NCBI GenBank assembly: GCA_024346625.1
Contig: AP024665.1
Coordinates: 1 to 64,000, forward strand
Source: Williopsis jadinii
Lineage: Eukaryota
Direction: 5' to 3'
DNA: 64,000 bases
The position numbers and the translations under genes were made by a program. Position 1 is the stretch's first letter. Every line of letters starts with the position of its first letter. The notes under the pieces were generated by a model, which saw only the letters and a list, made by a program, of their open reading frames with translations, was not told where the DNA came from and did no database searches. Shown here in pieces: positions 52,485 through 61,365 of this stretch.

Positions 52485-53561
52485 TTATTCAATGTTGTAG
52501 ATGGCATCGTAGAAGTACAATATTGAAAAGATCAAGAATGCAAAGGCACCACCCAAAGTAACGGTTCTCATACTGATTCTAGAAGCAAGCATCTTACCTC
52601 CAATGACAGCACCTGCTGTACAGATACCGTGTCCAATGACAGCACCCATGATAACTAACCAATAGTTCGAGCCAGCAGCCATAGCAATCGTCGCGATTTG
52701 TGAACGATCACCCCATTCACCAAGGAAAATCATTACAAACACTTGAACCCAGAGCGGTGAGAGGACAAACGATGATAGTTCCTTAAAAGAGTGCAACACA
52801 GACATCACCGAGTCTACCACCAATTCCTGGAAAGAACGGTTTGGATTCTGTTTTGTTTCATGACCACCTGTTTCCAAAGTGTCCAAATCGTTATTCATAT
52901 CAGACACGGTCAATTCTTCTTCAACCTCGGCCAACTCCTCGTCAACTCCCAAATCTTTGGACATCGTCAAACCTTCCCTGGTCAATTTGTAACCGAACAC
53001 GAGAAATAGTACAGCAGCCAAAAACTGAGTGACACGCTTTGACAACAACGTAGGTAAAGTGTGTCCAACAATACCGGACAGAATAGTCATTATAGCCAAC
53101 GATGCAAATGACGCGGTAAACACCACAATCCTTGAATGGCGCATAGCCATGAGCGCAGAGATCAAGAACGTTTTATCACCGATCTCAGAGACTATGATCA
53201 TAGAGATAGACATGAAGAATGCGTTCGAATCTGTAGATTCCTGACCTGAGGCACCACCCTGTTCAGCAGCTGAGCCTTGAGAACTGGCCCTGACAGAAGG
53301 TGCATCCATATGGCTGATTCTTTGAGCAGTATCTTGATTTTTGTTGATATTACCATTAGCACCGGCTCCATTCCCTGGAGGAGTCACAAGGTCCTCGATT
53401 GGACTCGTATTGGAATCAGCAACTTGAATATCAGCAGGGACGCCAGCGGGTAAGCCTCTCTTATGAATCTGAACAGCATGTGGCAATCTTCTATCACCCA
53501 AGGATGCTAAGTCAAGCGCGTATACCACCGTAAGTAGAGTCAGGTAGCCCAATAGCCTCAT
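52485..53561 (-). CDS. GDT1: UPF0016 Golgi Ca/Mn transporter
   Basis: SEIGDKT and GEWGDRSQ signature motifs, signal peptide. Confidence 0.95.
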   Translation of the reverse strand: MRLLGYLTLLTVVYALDLASLGDRRLPHAVQIHKRGLPAGVPADIQVADSNTSPIEDLVTPPGNGAGANGNINKNQDTAQRISHMDAPSVRASSQGSAAEQGGASGQESTDSNAFFMSISMIIVSEIGDKTFLISALMAMRHSRIVVFTASFASLAIMTILSGIVGHTLPTLLSKRVTQFLAAVLFLVFGYKLTREGLTMSKDLGVDEELAEVEEELTVSDMNNDLDTLETGGHETKQNPNRSFQELVVDSVMSVLHSFKELSSFVLSPLWVQVFVMIFLGEWGDRSQIATIAMAAGSNYWLVIMGAVIGHGICTAGAVIGGKMLASRISMRTVTLGGAFAFLIFSILYFYDAIYNIE

Positions 53562-53773
53562 TCTTCCTTTAACAAGGGGTCAAGATACACTGTATACAAA
53601 CAGACAAGCGATGAAATCAAGTAAACAAGAGGAAAATAGCTGATGTTATTGATCCTGAAATTATTTTCAAGATTTTTTTTGCCTAATGTAGCCAAGGAAC
53701 ATAATCACCCATGCTGTTTACATAAGCACCGAGCTATATAGTTCTCAAGTCAATTTCACCAAAATGTGAATTC

Positions 53774-53861
53774 CTCTCGGTGGCCAAGTTGGTTTAAGGC
53801 GTCAGACTGTAATGGAAACAAAGTCATCTGAACATCGGGCGTTCGAATCGCCCCCGAGAGA
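53774..53861 (+). tRNA. tRNA-Tyr(GTA) with 13-nt intron (53813-53825)
   Basis: CTCTCGG/CCGAGAG acceptor stem, TCAGA/TCTGA anticodon stem, GTA at 53809-53811, GTTCGAATC T-loop, oligo-T terminator immediately after. Confidence 0.97.
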
Positions 53862-54046
53862 TTTTTTTTTTCGATTTTTTGCTCTTCGCGGTTTCCATGG
53901 TTACTGAAGAATTATACACATCTCGGAATTCTTCACATCTTCAAAGTCATCGACATGGACTTTTCATCTTGTCATTTCCTATTTGTCGTGGCAGCTTTTC
54001 TTTGGTCCAATATACAGCACAATTAGTTGATGCCTGAACCTGAACA

Positions 54047-56044
54047 ATGACAGCGAGCGAGATACTAGAACGGTTAAAGTCTACACAGAGCGCAGAGGAT
54101 ATCGAATCTCTCACACAACAGCTTTTACCACTACAGGCTTCTTTTCTGCTCCCACTTCAATTACAGATCATCACAACTTATCTCGATAAGATATTACCAG
54201 TGTATAACAGCCTGAAGACCACAACCAAGCTGAAAATAAGGAAACTGTTCATTTCATGCGCTGCTATATCACAACTTCTCAACCAGTATAAGCTGTCAGG
54301 GAAGAATGAAGTGTACTTCCAATTCACAAGAGATTTGATTCTAGACCCAAGCCTTTTGGGCTCAACCTTAGAGTCGTGCAGCGGGAACAGAGCAGAGCTG
54401 AAACAGACGAGAGCGTTGTTTTTTGGATCAAAGATCTTCAACACTTTCGAAGGTAAAATCACCATGGATGATTATATCAAGATAGTCTCTAGACAGTTGT
54501 TACAGGTTTGTATGGGCATGAACGATCCACCGGTGGATTATTTCCTTGCACTTTTATCATTACATCCCATAGAAGCGAAGGTTATACTATTTGATGAATT
54601 CCTACATGCTGACAGACTGAAATATTTGTCAAGTGCCTTACATAGAATGTCCCATTTACAAAAGAGACAGATGTTCAATTACTTGATACCATATCTCGCT
54701 AACCACACGGGCATCAATAACTTGAGCACAGTTGCATCAATATTATCTCAATTAGATATTACCGGAGTCGAAAAACATATAATAACGACTCTGAGTGAGG
54801 TTGACAACTGTGAACTTCAACAGTGTTTTGTTAAAGTAATTGGACAACATTTACAACAGACACAGTATCTCCTATCTGTATGGGGTGATGGTGTGTATAT
54901 TGCGGATGCAGCATCTGAGAAGCAAGAGACAATGACCAGACTGATACTTATTGAACTGCTATATCTGGAAAAGGATCAACTGAAGCAGTTATCCTCAGAG
55001 ACAGTGTTTCTCTCTGCTATCACATCCAGGATCTCCAGTAACGATACGAGACTAAGAAATCTAGGAATGATGGTCGCAAAGAAACTAACTTGTGGTGAAG
55101 TTAGCATTGATATGGAAGATGAAATTCAAGTGGAGAAGCCAAATATTTTAATCTCAAACACTATTGATTTCGCAGACTTACATTTGGGCTCGATGCCTAA
55201 TCTTTCAATTTCACATATGAAGACCACTCAAGTGGACTCAGACGATGAAAACGATGAAGATTCCAGTGATGATGACGATGAGGTTGATCAGGACCCTGTT
55301 TTCCTGAAGGACTTGATACAGAAGTTTACAGACAGCTCAACTCGATCAGTTACACGTTTACTGCAAGTAACTGTTAGACTGGTTCGCCAAAAGGCAACGT
55401 TCGGGTCAGAGCTACAGTTCTACTCACCAGAGTTAATTGCCATTCTCTTGGGGCTCTTGAACAAGTATGATGAGGATAACTTCGAAGAGCTAAAGCTCAA
55501 CGCAATAGTCGCTGTGATTGTTTCAAGCCCACAAATCATATCCAAAGTTTTCGAGTTGTTTTTCACAGGTGATTACTCACTTCAACAGAGAATGATCACT
55601 TTATCTGCTATTGGCCTCAGTGCGAGAGAGCTTCGTGGCTTCGATGATAAAGATATACAAAAGCCCCAGTTTTCATTCCCAACATCACATATTCCACAGA
55701 GGGAACAGCGTAGAGAGCAAATCGAAAGAAGCAAGAAGATTGTGGAAATTGAGTCAGATGATGAAATGGTTGGAACGGTCTTGCGGAAATCTTCCAAATT
55801 GACAAAGCCAAAGGTACAAACCAATAAGAACCTCTTTGCAAAACATGCAACCAAGTTCTTCTACCCTTTAGCAAATGGATGGTCTGCCGGCATTGATCTT
55901 GGTGGGTATAACGAACTCTTTTTAAAACATTATCTCTCAACGTTGCATATAGTGTTGCAAGCTTCGTACCCTTGTCATTCTTATGAAGAAATGGTGGATG
56001 CATACACACAGATACGCGATAGTGTTCCTAATATTACACTGTAA
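54047..56044 (+). CDS. TEL2: TTT complex subunit Tel2
   Basis: DSDDE motif, PVFLKDLI, GDYSLQQRM..LSAIGLSARELRG, N.FAKHATKFFYPL. Confidence 0.92.
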   Translation: MTASEILERLKSTQSAEDIESLTQQLLPLQASFLLPLQLQIITTYLDKILPVYNSLKTTTKLKIRKLFISCAAISQLLNQYKLSGKNEVYFQFTRDLILDPSLLGSTLESCSGNRAELKQTRALFFGSKIFNTFEGKITMDDYIKIVSRQLLQVCMGMNDPPVDYFLALLSLHPIEAKVILFDEFLHADRLKYLSSALHRMSHLQKRQMFNYLIPYLANHTGINNLSTVASILSQLDITGVEKHIITTLSEVDNCELQQCFVKVIGQHLQQTQYLLSVWGDGVYIADAASEKQETMTRLILIELLYLEKDQLKQLSSETVFLSAITSRISSNDTRLRNLGMMVAKKLTCGEVSIDMEDEIQVEKPNILISNTIDFADLHLGSMPNLSISHMKTTQVDSDDENDEDSSDDDDEVDQDPVFLKDLIQKFTDSSTRSVTRLLQVTVRLVRQKATFGSELQFYSPELIAILLGLLNKYDEDNFEELKLNAIVAVIVSSPQIISKVFELFFTGDYSLQQRMITLSAIGLSARELRGFDDKDIQKPQFSFPTSHIPQREQRREQIERSKKIVEIESDDEMVGTVLRKSSKLTKPKVQTNKNLFAKHATKFFYPLANGWSAGIDLGGYNELFLKHYLSTLHIVLQASYPCHSYEEMVDAYTQIRDSVPNITL

Positions 56045-56095
56045 ACAGAGTTACGTATACTTCATTCATTCGTTATATTATTAAAACATCATCGT

Positions 56096-59000
56096 TCATT
56101 GTAATCTCATGGGTAAACCGTAAACAACAGGCGCAGCACCGTTCAAGTACTGCAACTTGCATTCATCACGAGACAATCTGACAGCATCACATATGGTGTT
56201 TCCAACTTCACCATCTTTTAAACCCCATCTTTTGAACAAACCAAGTGTAAATTTATCAATATCCTTATCCGTTACATCCCATAAATTACCAACGATCATT
56301 GGGCAACCTGCGACAAGATATGAAAGAACGGTACCACTCGGTTCTAGAAGATTATTGTCAATTAAGGCAACCGATGAACACCCTAGTAGTAACGAGGGGG
56401 CAACTCTTGGAAGTTTCTTGATTGTCGTTTCCCTAATGTAACTCGTACCAGACCCATGGCCCACATAAAGGAAAATCGAACATTGGAGATATTGGCTGAA
56501 TTGATCTTCTGTTGGCTTCATGCCACATATACCTTCCCAGGAGTGCTGCTCTCGGAAATGTTTCAAACAATCAGAAAACCTCTCCTCAGTCTTACTAAGA
56601 TCACCTGCTGGGTTGATAATGAAAGCACCATTTGTCTTGGATATAGATAAAGGCGATTTCTGTAGCATTGAGATGCACAGACTAACTGATGGTATTCTGG
56701 ATATTGACTGACCTCTCAAGCAAGGAATACTCTCCCATGGTATACTGTGAAGTTCCTTCCCCAAGATCAATATCGTATGAGAATACGATTCAGGGTTTGG
56801 ATGGAGAGCGAGGTATTCTGTCATTAACGTCTCAGTCTGGACATATATGTTGTCGATATCGACTTCGTCATAAGCGTTTTCTTCTCCATGAAATAATAAA
56901 ATGTCCAAGACAAAGTAAATCAAGTCCTCTAGTGGTTCCGTAGTAACCAGTGCGCTTGGATCACCAAGTCTTAAGAATAATTCAATGACGAAATCGTCAA
57001 TTTCAACAGGTTTTGGTCCATGATTCCTGTGTGATCTAGTTGGTATATTCATACGGATAATACTCAAAAACTTTCTCTTGAACACTTGGAGGGCTTCTTG
57101 ATTAATCTTTATAGGACTGAATATTCCTTTGAAGCCACTGATCCAATAGTGTTCTATTTTCTTGAGCAGAGCAGAGAGTCTATTGTCAAGTTCAGCTCTT
57201 GTCGTATGCCACTCCTTGCGTTGTTCTGCAGTGTCAATAGAGGAGACAACCTCTTGGGACATGGTTTTATCACTCTCTTTGATGATCTGTTTCAATTCAT
57301 TCAAACAGTCATTTAATTTGAAATTAGGGTCTTCACCAGTTCTTACAAAGAGTCTAGTCAAGGGAAGCTTCAACATCTTCGGAGCCTCATCTAGTCTTGT
57401 GATAATGAGTTCGTCATTGATAGAACTCACATCTATGCTTAGAATCTGCCAGTTTTGGTCTCTGATCAATAATATGTCAGGTTTCTCAAATTCAACAGCC
57501 ATAGAGCTTGGTAGATCAGCATCGAACTCAGGTATCTTCTTGCCAGTATTGCTTGTAATATTGATCATTGCCTTCTCGCTAAGAAAGGGCTGGGTCTTCA
57601 CATGGTTATTAAGGAGAATACATTCCTCAAAACTGTCATTGCTGTTATAACTATTCGATATACTTGATAGTGTTAACAAGTCAAGTGAAAGAACCCTGTG
57701 GATCTCATTTCTTTGATAGTTTGCCAAATATCTTAGTACAGAAATCAACTGAACAATCATTCCTTTTGATTGTCTCATACCGGTAATCGCCTTTTTAACA
57801 TTCTTCACGCTGTTTGATTTAGCCTTCTGTGGTAACTGAGGAACAGGAGCCACATCAAACTTCTTAACAATTGAGGGTATTGCCATGGCAGAGTCTTCCA
57901 TTGTGGAATAAAGTGGGTCCATGTTCAACGAATTCTGGGCATTGATAAAAAGCCTTCTGGAGTTCAGCATGTAATTCATAGCATGTAAGTAAGGATTTTT
58001 TGAGGTGTTGAGAGTTAGATCCACAACTTCTGAATTGAAATGGTACTCATAATTTAATCTCCAAACATTGGCTAAAACCTTTCCTTCTTTCTCCATAAAC
58101 AGTAAGAAGGCCTTTAAATTCCTTCTAGCCTCCACTTGAGAACCAACATCATCATGGTAGATATCAGAAAGGAGTCTGTAGTATATCAGTTTGTAGTTAT
58201 CAACATATTTTTCATCATCATCATTAGTGTTGATCAAACGGAGGCTATCAAATAACTGGTCCGCCTGTGTCTTGATGTCTAGACATTCTTGTACCTTTCC
58301 TGAAACGTGGTAGTAGTGTGCCATAAAGTAACAATTCTGGACAAAAACCATCTTGTATTTGGAGACTGAGTCATTGACCTTCTTAAATTCTCCAACGTAG
58401 TAGTCTGCATCCTTGGATAAACCCAAGTGAATTAAGGTATTGATCACATTACGAAATGCAGACATCATGGAACGTATAATCTGCAAATTACCTTGATCTG
58501 TTTTTAATACCGATTTTGCAAGTTGGATAGAAGCAACAGCTGATGTGATTGATTCCATGTGACAGCCTTTCACCCACAGGAACTTTGATCTTGAAAGCAT
58601 AACCTTAACCAGGAGTTTCAGTACCGTAATGAATTTATCCCTAGGAAATGCACACTTGTTTTCTATACTGAAAATTCCAGGATATGAGTCGATGATCTGG
58701 TAAATTTCATAAGCAGTATCGGTGAGCCCTTCCTGATCAAAGTTCACCATGAAATATTTCAACTTTAGCAACTTGAATGGTAAGACACTCACGATATATT
58801 GGAATTGATCCCCGTGATCCTCTACATATCCATCAAAGTTACCAGGCAAAAGCTTGAGAACTTCTCTCAAAGTTAACATATTCTCGAGGCTTTCAGACAG
58901 AAACCATACTTTAAAAGTCTCATTTGCATCCTTTAGATACACTTCGATACTCGAGAATAATCTCTTTAGAGCTTTGTGATATCCAAAAAACTTCAGATAT

Positions 59001-60925
59001 CCGACAAATTGCTCTAAAAATGTTGTTTCAAATGATGTTACTCGAGACCTGTTTCTAGGAACCCAGCTGTTGAGATAAATGTTCAGGATTTTGGGGAGAT
59101 TCAACGTCGATTTAGCCCTGATTTCAACCGAAAGATAATAGAAACACTTGATTAAATGGTCATAATTTGTCGTTGTTATAGTGGAAATCCTTTGGACCTT
59201 CAATATTGGCAATTCTTTGCAGAAAATACCGCACAACATTTGTAATATCTGATCTCCTATAGCAAGATTTTGGAATAGGTTTACAAAATCGACATCTGTG
59301 CAGTACTTTGTTGCCAAGCAGAATACCATTGCTTTATCACCTTCGGCAAGGTCAGTAATTCGGAAGGCATTCAAGTTTTGAAAGAGTAAATAACCACCAA
59401 ATTTTCGCTCAAAAGTGTCAAACTTTTCAAGCAATCCCTGATTTAGTTGAGACAAGAAGGCACTGTTGAAAATTATGGACGATAACTTGGATATCATGGT
59501 GATGTTACCCTTGAGTATTTGAAGTGCCTTTTTGAACTTGATGTCAAGGTCTGAGGTATTTTGATTTCGGAGAAACAGATCCCTCTCAACAAGCAAAGAC
59601 TGTTCAAAGTATTTGAGATTGAACGATAGATTTGACAAGTTTCTTAGTCTCTTGGTATCACCGCAGTGAGAGTATAACTTGAAAAGTTTCATCAAATATT
59701 GTTCCCAAAATTGATCAGGCGCATCTATCAACTTGGCATTGATCAATGTCTTATCAAACACTTTGTTTGTTTCCTTTGTTAACGAATGTGAGTGGTTGGC
59801 GTAAAAAGTCAACAATGCAGAAACGTCATCACCTTTCTTAAACTTTAACTTTAAGATGTACTGTCCCAATGAATCCATGAGTTGGGACGTTGGTCTTTTG
59901 ATAGCGTCCAACTCAGTTGCGACCAGCGCAGAGTTTAGATTTGCATTGTTCAAAAGCTTGATGACGATATTTGACCTTACCGAATCGGCAACCACCAATT
60001 CCCAATCTAGTCCAAGATCGGAACATAGGGAAACTATACGAGCATTGACAGATTGGAAGTTATCTGAATAGTTTCCACAGGCAAACTGGTGATAATATAA
60101 CGGAACTTTATCCAAAATTTCCATCGAAAGCAACGTTGATTCCAAATTTTCAACAAAGGTTTCAAACGTGCCATTTAATATGAAATCAGAAAACTTTAAG
60201 TTGAACCTTTCAACATAATTCAAGAATTTCAAATGCATACACGTCTTAAACTGCACGGAAGGTGCCACACGTCCAAGTGATAGCACCAATTTGATGACTG
60301 ATCTTAGCTGAAATCCATCCATAGTGGGTGTTATCCTTTCATTTAGAAAGAAGGTCAAGATATCTGATGCATAGGTATAGTTCTCACTTTGGAATAACTT
60401 GTATATGACCTGGATCATAAGTAGTTTCAACACTTTATCGTTGTCAGACCAGGTGGGCAGCGATATGCAATCAGAGAGAACATCAAAAGCCTCATCCTTT
60501 GAATGGAACATACAGCTCCTTATTTCACACACTGTTGTGGCATAGTCAGTCGACTTGCACCTGTTCTCAAGCTCTATTAATTTCACAATAAACGAGTTGT
60601 GTCTCTTTGTAACATCAGACATGTTATTAGCAAGATCCAACTCGTACAACTTTGTGAAGCATTCTGACGCTAGCTTGACGTACGCAGAATCAACGCTGTT
60701 CAAGGCATTGACTCGATTGAGCACCAGATCAATAGCGTTCAAGCAGAGCTTATAAATACCGTCCAGATTCTGTGGTACATCCACAGATGAATTCTTCTTG
60801 GTCGGTGACTGGTATTTAGTACCCGTGGGCGAATAGTTGACGTTAACGTGTCTTAGCGGCGGTCCTTGAGCTTTGAGCTGTGAATAGCAACTGACTATCC
60901 ACGTCCATGCGGCTTCTTTCTCCAT
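56096..60925 (-). CDS. ESP1: Separase
   Basis: ENAYDE, PWESIPCL, INPAGDL, catalytic YVGHGSG and LLGCSS, GNLWDVTDKDID. First ATG at 60925. Confidence 0.95.
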   Translation of the reverse strand: MEKEAAWTWIVSCYSQLKAQGPPLRHVNVNYSPTGTKYQSPTKKNSSVDVPQNLDGIYKLCLNAIDLVLNRVNALNSVDSAYVKLASECFTKLYELDLANNMSDVTKRHNSFIVKLIELENRCKSTDYATTVCEIRSCMFHSKDEAFDVLSDCISLPTWSDNDKVLKLLMIQVIYKLFQSENYTYASDILTFFLNERITPTMDGFQLRSVIKLVLSLGRVAPSVQFKTCMHLKFLNYVERFNLKFSDFILNGTFETFVENLESTLLSMEILDKVPLYYHQFACGNYSDNFQSVNARIVSLCSDLGLDWELVVADSVRSNIVIKLLNNANLNSALVATELDAIKRPTSQLMDSLGQYILKLKFKKGDDVSALLTFYANHSHSLTKETNKVFDKTLINAKLIDAPDQFWEQYLMKLFKLYSHCGDTKRLRNLSNLSFNLKYFEQSLLVERDLFLRNQNTSDLDIKFKKALQILKGNITMISKLSSIIFNSAFLSQLNQGLLEKFDTFERKFGGYLLFQNLNAFRITDLAEGDKAMVFCLATKYCTDVDFVNLFQNLAIGDQILQMLCGIFCKELPILKVQRISTITTTNYDHLIKCFYYLSVEIRAKSTLNLPKILNIYLNSWVPRNRSRVTSFETTFLEQFVGYLKFFGYHKALKRLFSSIEVYLKDANETFKVWFLSESLENMLTLREVLKLLPGNFDGYVEDHGDQFQYIVSVLPFKLLKLKYFMVNFDQEGLTDTAYEIYQIIDSYPGIFSIENKCAFPRDKFITVLKLLVKVMLSRSKFLWVKGCHMESITSAVASIQLAKSVLKTDQGNLQIIRSMMSAFRNVINTLIHLGLSKDADYYVGEFKKVNDSVSKYKMVFVQNCYFMAHYYHVSGKVQECLDIKTQADQLFDSLRLINTNDDDEKYVDNYKLIYYRLLSDIYHDDVGSQVEARRNLKAFLLFMEKEGKVLANVWRLNYEYHFNSEVVDLTLNTSKNPYLHAMNYMLNSRRLFINAQNSLNMDPLYSTMEDSAMAIPSIVKKFDVAPVPQLPQKAKSNSVKNVKKAITGMRQSKGMIVQLISVLRYLANYQRNEIHRVLSLDLLTLSSISNSYNSNDSFEECILLNNHVKTQPFLSEKAMINITSNTGKKIPEFDADLPSSMAVEFEKPDILLIRDQNWQILSIDVSSINDELIITRLDEAPKMLKLPLTRLFVRTGEDPNFKLNDCLNELKQIIKESDKTMSQEVVSSIDTAEQRKEWHTTRAELDNRLSALLKKIEHYWISGFKGIFSPIKINQEALQVFKRKFLSIIRMNIPTRSHRNHGPKPVEIDDFVIELFLRLGDPSALVTTEPLEDLIYFVLDILLFHGEENAYDEVDIDNIYVQTETLMTEYLALHPNPESYSHTILILGKELHSIPWESIPCLRGQSISRIPSVSLCISMLQKSPLSISKTNGAFIINPAGDLSKTEERFSDCLKHFREQHSWEGICGMKPTEDQFSQYLQCSIFLYVGHGSGTSYIRETTIKKLPRVAPSLLLGCSSVALIDNNLLEPSGTVLSYLVAGCPMIVGNLWDVTDKDIDKFTLGLFKRWGLKDGEVGNTICDAVRLSRDECKLQYLNGAAPVVYGLPMRLQ

Positions 60926-61365
60926 GCTGTTCTGAGAACTGAAATCCCTAGTTGTACACAGCAAATGAGCTTTCTGTGGTTTGGAACAGGTATCAAAAAT
61001 CGTTTGTTTACATTTCCTGTTGACGTTTTCTGCTCTCTGTGGAAAAATACTTGCGCGGTTCACCAAAGTCCTTTTGGTACACACACTCGGACAGTCTCCA
61101 GGACAACATCTATGGTGGGAGAACAATAGCAATGGTATATCGAAACGATCAGAGCTCCCTCATTAGGAAGTCAAGCGCGGGTGCGCATACAAGGCATTAC
61201 CCTCCTTTTTTACCCTTATACACACAATGATGGAAACCCTTTTAACTAGTGGAAACACATCCAATTCATAGCCCCTTCTCGCTCCTTTCAAAGTGTGAAA
61301 CTATCAATTGGGCCGGGAAAGAGCTGAGAACAAGAGGGTCTTACACAGGATAGACGAGTTTATCG